In this document: piece after piece, positions 1-9,240 of the stretch | Layout: each line of letters begins with the position of its first letter | How positions within the stretch are numbered: the first letter of the stretch is position 1 | From: Sedimentisphaerales bacterium | GTDB lineage: Bacteria; Planctomycetota; Phycisphaerae; Sedimentisphaerales; SM23-30 | Reading direction: 5' to 3' | Length of the DNA: 64,000 nt | Assembly: GCA_963663965.2 (NCBI GenBank) | Contig: CAXXFK010000006.1 | Span: forward strand, 96,001-160,000 | Notes under the pieces: generated by a model | The model's input: only the letters and a program-made list of their open reading frames with translations | The model's database searches: none | Told to the model about the DNA's origin: nothing | Position numbers and translations under genes: made by a program

Positions 1-133
1 GATAGTAATCCAGATTACCTTCGGATGCCCAGAACAGGATAAATGCTTTATGGATTGGCTCATCCAGTAATATCTCTTGCATAATGGTGCCGTCAAAGCA
101 GTCTTCAACCGGTTTTGTCTGGACAATATTCAT
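1..133 (-). CDS. Hypothetical protein, N-terminal part (runs off left edge)
   Basis: Manual translation from ATG at 133: MNIVQTKPVEDCFDGTIMQEILLDEPIHKAFILFWASEGNLDYY, open to the edge, 28 nt after the stop of the PLP enzyme; absent from the ORF track. Confidence 0.7.
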   Translation of the reverse strand, partial: MNIVQTKPVEDCFDGTIMQEILLDEPIHKAFILFWASEGNLDYY

Positions 134-161
134 ATTATTTCATTTCAGGTATTCAACGTGG

Positions 162-1310
162 TCAGAGAGCGTGGATCATTTGTTTCAGTGCATCGATTAG
201 AGTTTGTATTTCTGAAGCATGATTCAAAAACGAGCAGCTGATCCGCACGGTTCCGCCACTCGAACTGCCTAGATAGGAATGGATCAGGGGCGCGCAGTGC
301 AGTCCGGTCCTGCAAATGATACCAAACGAATGTTCCAGTATAAATCCGCATTCTTCAGCCGGAATCCCTTTGATGTTAAAACTGACAATGGCATCGAAAT
401 GGTCTGAATCTTCGGTAAGCCGACTGCGGTACAATGTCACCCGTGGTTCATCAAGCAGAAACTCCAAGAGAGGCTTGATCAGTTGAGTCTTATGCTGCTG
501 GATAGATGAAGGGCTGTTTTGCCGGCAGAAAGTTACCCCGGCGCCCAGGGATGAAAATCCCGGGCCATTCAACGTGCCCGCTTCATACCTGGCCGGGCGT
601 TCGATCGGTTGCAATTGATAATCACTGCGCGTGCCGGTGCCTCCGGTAATGAGGGGCGCCGGTTGAAAAGTATCCGCCAGATATAACCCTCCGGTTCCCT
701 GATAACCGAAGAGATTTTTGTGCCCGGCAAAAACCAGCGCATCAACAGGAATGTCTCGGATATGAATGGGTATTGATCCGGCGGATTGCGATGCGTCCAC
801 GACCAGGCAGGCTGGATGATCTTTGACGAGATGACCGATGGCTTCGATATCCTGAATAGCGCCGGTAACATTACTGCAGTGATTGACCACTACCATCCTG
901 GTCGTTGGCGTCAGGGCGTCACCAATGGCTTCCGGAGATACAAAACCCAGTTGATCGCATGGAACGATAGTGATATCGATTCCCCGCTCAAGCTTGAGAT
1001 GGTTAAGCGGCCGGTAGACGGAGTTGTGTTCGATGGCGGTTGTGACAACATGATCCCCGGGCCCCAGTGACCCCAGCATGACAAGATTAAGGGCATACGT
1101 GGCGCCTGGTGTCAGGATGATGTCAGACGAATGCTCGGCGCCCAGTAGCCGGGTTAAAGCCTCACGGCAAGACCGGACCGGATCTCGATCATATTGTTCG
1201 ACCCCTGCGCGCCCGGCATGAGATGGAAACGAACAGATCGTCTGTTGAACCGCTTGCAGAACGACTTCTGGTTTGGGGTAGCTGGTGGCGGCATTATTAA
1301 AATAGATCAT
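162..1310 (-). CDS. Class V PLP aminotransferase / cysteine desulfurase-like (SufS/CsdA type)
   Basis: IYFNNAATS, TAIEHNSV, VDASQSAG, AGHK (PLP Lys), EAGTLN, RTGLHCAP (catalytic Cys), GTVRIS motifs. Confidence 0.9.
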   Translation of the reverse strand: MIYFNNAATSYPKPEVVLQAVQQTICSFPSHAGRAGVEQYDRDPVRSCREALTRLLGAEHSSDIILTPGATYALNLVMLGSLGPGDHVVTTAIEHNSVYRPLNHLKLERGIDITIVPCDQLGFVSPEAIGDALTPTTRMVVVNHCSNVTGAIQDIEAIGHLVKDHPACLVVDASQSAGSIPIHIRDIPVDALVFAGHKNLFGYQGTGGLYLADTFQPAPLITGGTGTRSDYQLQPIERPARYEAGTLNGPGFSSLGAGVTFCRQNSPSSIQQHKTQLIKPLLEFLLDEPRVTLYRSRLTEDSDHFDAIVSFNIKGIPAEECGFILEHSFGIICRTGLHCAPLIHSYLGSSSGGTVRISCSFLNHASEIQTLIDALKQMIHAL

Positions 1311-1337
1311 GAATAGCGACGATCGTCTGTAGCGTTA

Positions 1338-1931
1338 TCATGCGCGGGTGATAATAAATTCTCCGTAGGAATCGCCCATTTCAATGCCTTTGGTCTGGGT
1401 GCACTTGAAAGTCCCCAGGCCCTCTGGATAAGCCTGGCCATACGCAATATCCATAAAAGCCCGGCAAACGCCGCGAATCATATAGGCGCACGGTTTCTTC
1501 ACTTGAAACGTGTCCGTGATTTCAGACTCATAATAGTTATAAGCCCTGACCACCATTTTCTGGTTCGGTTGCAATTCGACGATTTCTGAATTGGCCCATC
1601 CCCAGGCCGTGAAAACGGCGAAAGCGCCATGTAATACATCTTCCGGAACGTTGGTAATCATGGGACCGACTATCGACTGGAACTCCTCGGAGTTGACAAT
1701 GCCATATCCGGTGTGATAGCCGCATTCTGCCGCGGCCCTTTCCAACCCGGTTTCTGCCTCCTCGTAATATTTACTGCCGGCAGCCTTCAATATTTTCTCT
1801 GTAAAGGTGTTCCAGAAATAAGCGGGTAGAAATTGCACCAGCACCCCAAACGCCGGAATCAGGCCTTCCTGGTTGCCTTGGACTTTTATTTGAGAAAGGT
1901 CATGAATTGCTTTTTTGCGATCGATAGCCAT
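1338..1931 (-). CDS. V4R (4-vinyl reductase/H-NOX-related fold) domain protein
   Basis: AWGWA, KPCAYMIRG, C-terminal CTQTKGIEMGDSYGEFII resembling the V4R ExxCxxxGDxxCEF signature. Confidence 0.7.
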   Translation of the reverse strand: MAIDRKKAIHDLSQIKVQGNQEGLIPAFGVLVQFLPAYFWNTFTEKILKAAGSKYYEEAETGLERAAAECGYHTGYGIVNSEEFQSIVGPMITNVPEDVLHGAFAVFTAWGWANSEIVELQPNQKMVVRAYNYYESEITDTFQVKKPCAYMIRGVCRAFMDIAYGQAYPEGLGTFKCTQTKGIEMGDSYGEFIITRA

Positions 1932-1934
1932 TGC

Positions 1935-2465
1935 TCATTCTCCCTTTAAATTAAGAGTGAATTCTGATTGTTTGTGTCCCATAACGATGCTGCGTGTTTC
2001 CTCGACCTCATAGCTGCCGATTGGTTCATTATAGATAACGGAAAAGGCCCCTTGCAGATAGCCTTGTCCGATAAAGTTGACCGGTTGATTATGCCTGTTC
2101 CATTTTTTTAACCACCCTTCATCGAGGTGTGAATGGGACATAACCGCGTTGCCGCCCTTACGCCCAAAACAGGTTAATTCCAATTGTCCCAGACCAATCA
2201 AACCGAAGTATTGCGTGGCAATAGCGATTTTATCTTCCGGATCGGTAATGTTGTTGGAGATCATGTATTTCTGTAATACCAGGAAGCTGGATTCTTCCAT
2301 GGCTTCCCGCAGCAGGACGGTTCCGTTAAGGTTGTCCAGGTCAAATGCTAATTTGGTAAAAAGCGTGGCATAATGATGACAGTGCAGCACCGATGTTTCA
2401 TTGTTGACATATTGCAGCATCTTAAGGTTGTCGAATTCCTGAATAAATTGGCATTCAGCGCTCAT
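1935..2465 (-). CDS. V4R-like protein with HCHHY motif
   Basis: VLHCHHY, GLGQL, PVNFIGQGYL, EVEETRSIVMGHKQSEF (V4R-like C-terminus). Confidence 0.65.
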   Translation of the reverse strand: MSAECQFIQEFDNLKMLQYVNNETSVLHCHHYATLFTKLAFDLDNLNGTVLLREAMEESSFLVLQKYMISNNITDPEDKIAIATQYFGLIGLGQLELTCFGRKGGNAVMSHSHLDEGWLKKWNRHNQPVNFIGQGYLQGAFSVIYNEPIGSYEVEETRSIVMGHKQSEFTLNLKGE

Positions 2466-2483
2466 GAATTATTTCCTTTCTGG

Positions 2484-3626
2484 TCAATGGTGAAGGCAGC
2501 CCAGCAGTCGTTTGGCTCGAACGGTGACTCGTCCTAGTTTATTGACACCGTCGATGATTCGGAACTTCTCCTGACAGGTTCGATGGGTGTCTTTGTCGAT
2601 GTTCTCACTGATTCGAACCAGATTTTGAATCGCCTGCTTGATTTCCTGATTGGCGATGGATTGCGCATTCAGACTTTCTCGTAACTCATCATTAATGGTC
2701 ATCAGGTTCTTGGTCAGTGTGTTGAATTCTTCTGCCGCTGCCGCCTGAGAGGTCATGTTTTGAGAAATCTGCTGGGTAAAATCTTTCATTTTGGTTGTCA
2801 GATCTTCAATCGATGAAAACGCGTTAATCGCTTTGGAGGCGCTGGCTACGGATAGTTCGACATCTTTTAGGACATGCTCAACAGATTGAGTGATATGTTG
2901 CACGTTGTCCGCGCTTTGATTGGCCAGATTTTTGACTTCGTCCGCTACGATGGCGAAACCCTTGCCAAACTCACCGGCCCGGGCCGCTTCAATCGTGGCA
3001 TTCAGGGCCAGCAGCTTGGTTTGTTCTGAAATCTCGGATATGATTTCAATCGCTTGATTAATCTCTTTGGATGATTCCACCACGGAATTGATCGAGGTAA
3101 CGGTTTCAGATACGATAACCGATCCCGAACGTGCTGAATCGTTGAGTTCGCCCGCGATGATATCTGAATTGGCGGCTTGCTGACTGGCTTCAGTAATCGC
3201 CAGGACCATCTGTTGGGTGCTATCGGCAAAATGATTGACAATTCGGGTTTGTTCTTCCATACGATTGCTGATCGATTCAATACTGGCAACCATTTCTGTT
3301 ACTGCCGCGGAACTGGTATTAGAGACCTCTCTCTGTTCTATCATATTCTGAGAAATATTGTTCAGCGCGTTGATCGTGTTATCGGTCATTTTGATAAAGT
3401 ATTCGAAAGCGTTGTTCAGAACGTTGACATTCATTTCCAGTTCATTGTAATAAGTGTTATTGCTCTGATGCTGTTTTCCTGACCAGAAGTTGATGGCTTT
3501 GGATAATAATAGCACAGGTAAAATGAATAACCATTTGAGTTGAATATCCCCTTCAAACAGGATTAAAGAAATAATGGCAGTTTCAATAACACTGACGACA
3601 ACGATAGAAATGAGTCTTCTAACCAT
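2484..3626 (-). CDS. Methyl-accepting chemotaxis protein with two adjacent N-terminal TM helices and no periplasmic sensor
   Basis: [37 protein letters not shown] hairpin-tip motif. Confidence 0.92.
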   Translation of the reverse strand: MVRRLISIVVVSVIETAIISLILFEGDIQLKWLFILPVLLLSKAINFWSGKQHQSNNTYYNELEMNVNVLNNAFEYFIKMTDNTINALNNISQNMIEQREVSNTSSAAVTEMVASIESISNRMEEQTRIVNHFADSTQQMVLAITEASQQAANSDIIAGELNDSARSGSVIVSETVTSINSVVESSKEINQAIEIISEISEQTKLLALNATIEAARAGEFGKGFAIVADEVKNLANQSADNVQHITQSVEHVLKDVELSVASASKAINAFSSIEDLTTKMKDFTQQISQNMTSQAAAAEEFNTLTKNLMTINDELRESLNAQSIANQEIKQAIQNLVRISENIDKDTHRTCQEKFRIIDGVNKLGRVTVRAKRLLGCLHH

Positions 3627-4511
3627 CGATACACCTTTCTGAAGTTTCTCTCTTTTCTGCCCTGTAAAGAGTTATCTGCCAGTTAGGAAGGGTACTTAAA
3701 TCGGTCTCAAAATAATTTTTGTATTTAGCAAGGTAGGCATAAAAAAGAATTTAATTATTATGAGTGTTCACATATTCATTCTGGTGCTAGATGTCCCGGC
3801 TTATAGAAAGGGTATCGGTATGAATGACCTCCGGATATCCAAAAAAACAATCATAATACTTTGAATCATAGTAACATACAATTATTAGAGTGTGGCCTCT
3901 GAGTATAATAGGGCATGAATACCACCCACTAAGGCATCAAAATCATGGCTTAAGGATAGACAAAACGATCACCTTAACGGTATATGGGAAGTGATTCTCA
4001 ATCCCGGCTACTCATAATTCCTCCAGACGGCACCATCGAACGGGCTGCCCGCGAACAACAGTTATCAGCCTGTTCTGCGCAGGATATGGGACCTGCTGGC
4101 AACCACAGATTCAGCCCGATGTCTGACAAGTAGCTCAACCATTTCTGGTTAAGATTCTTTCACGTACAACGACAATCACCTCCCAGCAATTCTCCACCAA
4201 TCCAAACCTTACCTTGTGTATGGGCACACCTCCTTACCGTCGTTTTTCCAATTTATTCCGTCCAGGTATAGACACAATGCGTTGTGTCTCTTACTCGCTC
4301 CCGCAAAGTACAATTTATTAATAATCCTGACGGTATGGTCAGTTCGCGAACCGCCTATAGATCCCCGTGATCCCCGATATCCAAATAAGGCTCCGGCTCA
4401 AAACAGCCTTGATTAGTGTCCTTTCATGGTCGTTTATGGGATTTTTTTGAAGTTTCGCAGGTTTATAAAAAGCTCTTTCAATATTTGCGATACAAACTTT
4501 TTATATAAAAT

Positions 4512-4556
4512 AAAAAAAAGAAAGCCAAGAGGTATTATAACTTCTTGGCTTTCTTT
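4512..4556 (-). terminator. Intrinsic terminator downstream of the tRNA-Val 3' fragment
   Basis: Inverted repeat AAAGAAAGCCAAGA (4517-4530) / TCTTGGCTTTCTTT (4543-4556), with an A-run giving a U tract on the minus strand. Confidence 0.7.
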
Positions 4557-4566
4557 GATTTATGAA

Positions 4567-4608
4567 TGGGCGATACTGGACTTGAACCAGTGACCCCCAG
4601 CTTGTCGA
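4567..4608 (-). other. 3' half of tRNA-Val(GAC); attachment-site core
   Basis: Reverse complement TCGACAA GCTGG GGGTC ACTGG TTCAAGT CCAGT ATCGCCC A = anticodon loop, T arm and acceptor 3' strand; no D arm or 5' acceptor strand; adjacent to integrase. Confidence 0.85.
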
Positions 4609-4770
4609 TTAATGGAACTTATTGGTTCTAAGTAATTTTAAAACAAGCGAATATAATTGTGCAATGTATATAAATATCTGGAAACATTGGCTTAATATCA
4701 ATTAATAGCGTATTATAGATAATTGAAACTTACTATAAATTATTCTATTTTCCTGTTTTTTCTTGCATTC

Positions 4771-4790
4771 TGTCTAAATAATGTCTAAAA
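4771..4790 (+). repeat. Tandem TGTCTAAA direct repeat, candidate integrase arm-type sites
   Basis: tgtctaaata atgtctaaaa between att core and integrase start. Confidence 0.45.
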
Positions 4791-4822
4791 GACTTATGAA
4801 CCTTTTAAACAGGGAGAAAACC

Positions 4823-6121
4823 ATGGCAGGAAAAAGAAAAGCACCTAAGCTTCGGATCGATGGTTCTTATTATACGTCGAAAATATACACTCCGAAAGGG
4901 AACCGAACAACGATTAGTTTTGGGCATGTTAATGATAGGCCGGAACCGGAAGTTTATGCAATTTTTGCAAAATGGATTGATTTATACCAGAAGCAGCCTC
5001 AGAAAATGCTTTCTTTTGAGAGCCCCTATGAAGCTGTTGAGCAGGTAATTAATCCGACAACATTTACAACAGTGGAGGATTTTCTCGAAAGATATCTACA
5101 GTGGGCAAGTGAGAATGAAAAGGGATCTCGTGCCAGTAAGGCTGTTGATATCTATAGAATTAATCGAATAAAACGATTTCTTGAACCTTATCATGATTGG
5201 CCAGTAAATGATTTTGGACCAGACGAGTTGAAAAAAGTACAGAAAGCGTTAAGTCAATACAAATATAAGACCGGAGACAAAGAGAAGAAATATACGCGGG
5301 GTGCTATTAATGATACGATAAAGTATATTCGTAAAATATGGCGATGGGGTTTGGGCCGAAGAGTAGTCAGTTACGAAGTTGTGCAGAGTCTGGAAGAAGT
5401 CAGGCCTGTACGCCTTGGTCAAGGGGAGGTCTATGATAAGCCAAAACGGGCTCGGGTTACTTACGATGAGTTCTTTAAGGTTAGTGGGGCGGTGAATGCT
5501 ACAATCTCAGATATGCTTCAATTGATCTGGCATACAGCAATGAGGCCCTATGAAGTCTGCGAAATGCGGCCGTATGATATCTTGATTGAGGATGAAGAGT
5601 GTTGGCTCTATATTCCGGGACGGGATATAACTCCATATGGCAAACATAAAACTACACATATGGAGCGAGTTAAAGTTATTCCTTTGACCAGAAAATCTCA
5701 GGATATATTGAAGCGGCGAATCACCAATTATGATTCTAAGGATTACATCTTTAGTCCAAAAGTGGCAGTTGATGAAATTTTGGAGGAAAAGCATCAAGGG
5801 CGAAAAACGCCCTTAAAATATGGTAATCGGCCTGGAACAAATAAAAGGGAACATCCGATGATAAAGCCGGGTGAGAAGTATTCACCTAGTGCGCTTAGGA
5901 TTGCTTGTAAACGTGGTTGTATGCGGGCTGAAGTTGAGGTGTTTACACCTTATGATTTACGTCGAAGTGTAGCCACTGAAACTAGAGCTAGTTTAGGTAA
6001 AGAGGCGGCCAAAGTATTACTTGGACACACGAAGACAGATACGACAGATATTTATCTATTGGATGAAGTCAAAGAGGCTGTAAAAGTGGCCAAGTTGTTG
6101 GCTAAGATTAATGGGGAATAA
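4823..6121 (+). CDS. Tyrosine recombinase/integrase
   Basis: TAMRPYE (R), HKT (K), YDLRR, LLGH, TDIY (Y) catalytic motifs; GGGAG RBS favours ATG at 4823 over 4781. Confidence 0.92.
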   Translation: MAGKRKAPKLRIDGSYYTSKIYTPKGNRTTISFGHVNDRPEPEVYAIFAKWIDLYQKQPQKMLSFESPYEAVEQVINPTTFTTVEDFLERYLQWASENEKGSRASKAVDIYRINRIKRFLEPYHDWPVNDFGPDELKKVQKALSQYKYKTGDKEKKYTRGAINDTIKYIRKIWRWGLGRRVVSYEVVQSLEEVRPVRLGQGEVYDKPKRARVTYDEFFKVSGAVNATISDMLQLIWHTAMRPYEVCEMRPYDILIEDEECWLYIPGRDITPYGKHKTTHMERVKVIPLTRKSQDILKRRITNYDSKDYIFSPKVAVDEILEEKHQGRKTPLKYGNRPGTNKREHPMIKPGEKYSPSALRIACKRGCMRAEVEVFTPYDLRRSVATETRASLGKEAAKVLLGHTKTDTTDIYLLDEVKEAVKVAKLLAKINGE

Positions 6122-6210
6122 AATGAATGCTCACATTGGTTGATTTTAGGATGGGTTAGTGGTCCGTTCCGTTCTGATAATATTAGGGATTAAAAGACCA
6201 TAGCGGAATT

Positions 6211-6390
6211 TTGATAAACGACTACAATACAAAATGTTACGATAATAACGAGATTGAGCGTGTCCAAAAGCTTGCCCAATGCCTGTTATCCGACAAACAT
6301 TTTATGACACTTGCAGAGGAATGGGAAAAGCTTACAGAAAGCCAGAAAATTGCAGTGAATGGTATTGTTCAGGTGATAATGACACTTTGA
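6211..6390 (+). CDS. Small hypothetical protein downstream of integrase
   Basis: 59-codon frame from TTG ending MTLAEEWEKLTESQKIAVNGIVQVIMTL; start uncertain (ATG at 6304 is the alternative). Confidence 0.4.
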   Translation: MINDYNTKCYDNNEIERVQKLAQCLLSDKHFMTLAEEWEKLTESQKIAVNGIVQVIMTL

Positions 6391-6517
6391 TACTTTTTGA
6401 AACGAACGGTTTGTAGATATTATTCCGCACAGGAACCAGCAGCCGATATGGCAGCGTTTGCCCCAACCACCGCTAAACCCTATTACCATCGTAAATCCTG
6501 AGAGATCCGTTGCCTAG

Positions 6518-8505
6518 CCCAAGTTCCACAGTTAGGGGGTAAAAACCGTGTTTTTGACCCCGCCAGGGCCGAAAGTCTTCACTACATGACTTTTAATTTT
6601 CCATCTGGCAGGGCAGGTCCAGGCCCAGCCGCTCCAGCAAAATCGCCTGATGATCGGTGGGTCGGCGGCCACAGCGCCGGCGGATAGATGGGCCGTTGCG
6701 GGTGGGTAATATCACATCGACCAGGCTGATTGTGCCCAGTTCGTCGAAGATACGGCGGGGTTCATCCCCCAGACCAGCCCGGCAGGTCAGCGCCGCCAGG
6801 GTTTGCCACAGCGTATAGGCCAGGAAGCAGACCAGGATATGGGTCAGCACCCGGTCCCGTTTCTGATGCCAGACAGGCCGGATTTTCAAATCGCTCTTAT
6901 GAATCCGGAAGGCAGCCTCCGCTTCGGTCAACTGGATATAGGCCCGCCATAATTCATCGGCGGTCCAGTCGGTGACATTGGTCCGCAGCAGATAACACCC
7001 TTCGTTCAACTCGGCCCAGGCCCGCCAGGACTCATTTTTGCTCCAGCGGACCGTGGCACATCCCTGCGTTTCGGTTACCTCGACGCTAAACAATCCGGCC
7101 GCCCGGTTGTTCCGGGCCAGGAGACGGCCCACCCGGCGGTCGAGGGTTTCTTTCTTATGACGCCGTTGTTCACAACTGGCCCTGAGCTTTTCCAGGGCGG
7201 TTTCAATTCGCTGTTCAAGACCGCTGGTGCATCGCCTTTTCCTTCTCCCGCCGGTCCCGGGCTGCGGCACAGGATAAAAAGCTCATCGGCCGCCTCCGGC
7301 GAAGGCACCGCTTGACCTCCAGGCCGGCATGCACCTCCCTGCCAGTTGTCTTCCAGCAACTCCCGTTCGAATCGTTTCAGGGTGTTTTTCGAAGCGCCAA
7401 TGATATACTTTCGCTGATCAGACCGCATAAATTCGATATTCGCCTGGCTGAGCATGTCCCCGGTCGCCGCACCAGATCCGGTCGGCTTGGCCATAACGGG
7501 CCTCCAGGGTGGTGACGATCTCCTGCCAGGTCTTGACATCATGGCGGTTACCCTCGAACACTTCATAGCCCAGCGGCATGCCGTCCCGGGAGACGACCAG
7601 GCCAATGCACACCTGTTTGTAGTCCGGTCGCTGGTCGCGGGAATACCCCCGCTGCGCCATCGGATTGCCCGGACACTGGCCTTCAAAATAGGTGCTGGTC
7701 ACATCGTAGAGCAGTAAATCATATTTCAGATCAAAGAGGGTGCCCAGCCGGTTCTTGAGGTGGGTTTCCAAGGCTTGTTTATGGGGCAGCAACTCATCCA
7801 GCGCCCGGTAAAGCCGCTCATCATAGACCTTGTCCGCCGGGACGCCCATCAACTCCGGCAAGGCGGTGGTGCGATAATAATGCTCGGCGATATGCAGTTC
7901 GCTGGAGGGGTTACATAACCGGCAGATGGCCATCACCTGAGCCATCCGGGACCAGGGGATCTCCTCCCGGCCCGGCGGCATGATTTCCTCCAGAACCTTA
8001 TCGAGTTCCAGCAGATGAATCAGTTGCAGGGCCAGCCAGGGACCGCCAAAGGCCAGTTCGTTCTCCACCCGAATCCCGGCGGTATCCACCTCCACCCACT
8101 GCGGCCCGGGGCGGAGCATGGGTATCGAATAAGCCCGGTTGCCGGAACGAAGAACGAGGGTTTCCCCGGGCCGCCTGTTCATCCCCAACCGTTCTGCTTC
8201 GGTCTCTGGCCCAGATAAGCCACCACCCGCTGACGCGGACCCCGTGCGGTACGATATGATTCCACCAGCATCCAGTATGCGTGCTTTTTGCCATTCTTCT
8301 TTTTATGACAGGGTCGAATAAACATACCGCCATTGTAAATCTCCAACCCCCCGAAACAAGGGTTAAGGTCTTCACTACAACGGGTTTAATAGCGATTTAT
8401 AAGGTTTGTTTATGGTCAGTACAATCCCAATCCCGCTTTACGACTCAAAAAGCAAGCCTCTACCAAAATTTATTTTTGAAATAATTTTCTACAGTGGAAC
8501 TTGGG
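6518..8505 (-). mobile_element. IS1634-family insertion sequence
   Basis: Terminal IRs CCCAAGTTCCACAG / CAGTGGAACTTGGG; CTAG on both flanks (6514-6517, 8506-8509); contains an IS1634-type transposase. Confidence 0.85.
6593..8325 (-). pseudogene. IS1634-family transposase, several frameshifts
   Basis: Starts MFIRPCHKKKNGKKHAYWMLVESYRTARGPRQRVVAYLG at 8325; pieces in different frames carry LLYDVTSTYFEG, GYSRDQRPD, EAAFRIHKSDLKIRPVWHQ, HILVCFLAY. Confidence 0.85.
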
Positions 8506-8533
8506 CTAGATCAACTGAACTTGGCCTCAATAA

Positions 8534-9001
8534 ATGTGGCATACGCCCGGGCAAGTGTTGTGGTATCGGGTCAGCCAGCAGCCGGTGTTGTTGGTTATCA
8601 GCCGCGATCCGGAAGGCAAAGAGAAGGATGACTTTTTCTTTACCACCGATGTAACGATGAAACCTGGCGAAGTGATCGGGATTTACGCCGACCGCTGGGC
8701 CATCGAAGACACCTTTCAGTTCGTCAAGCAGTACCTGGGTGGCCAGCAGCCACAAACCTATCAACGCAAAGAGCCGGAACGAGCCGCGGGGTTGAGCCTG
8801 TGGCTCTACTCGACGGCCTGGCTGTGGTATCTGCAACAGAAAGAATCCAAGCGAACCTTTTGGGTGCCGCCCTGGTATTGCCAGAAAACAACACCCAGCT
8901 TTACCGACGTGCTGACCGGCCTGCGCCGGGAACTTTGGCGCGAACGAATAAAATGCATGTTCGGAAATACTGCCGTTCATGATAAAAATTTGAGTTCTTA
9001 G
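8534..9001 (+). pseudogene. C-terminal fragment of an IS701/IS4-like DDE transposase
   Basis: FFTTD and YADRWAIEDTFQFVKQYLG (YxxRWxIE), WYxxKxxPSF; N-terminal half missing. Confidence 0.75.
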
Positions 9002-9240
9002 TAGAAAAACCTGGCAAAAAGCCGTTTAGATGGTTACAAAATGTGCGAAAGTTTACCAGTAATGTGATATGAATAATATTGTGTTGACTCTGATACCAAG
9101 TGAACGCAGTGTTAGTGTTTTTGTTAATTTGCAAGGTTGTGTGTTAGAATTTGGTTACTCTCTTGCAGCAAGACTTGAAAATTCCTTTAATAGGTGGATT
9201 GTTCTTTAAATGACTGTCATCATCGATTGTGAGAGAAGCA

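Noticed and set aside
3940..4430. Gene remnant or ncRNA in the MCP-att gap, including ORF 4216-4416 and the small hairpin near 4270-4290
   Set aside because: No recognisable motif, RBS or second copy
4567..4608. Functional tRNA-Val gene
   Set aside because: Only the anticodon loop to acceptor 3' strand is present; upstream sequence cannot form the D arm or acceptor 5' strand
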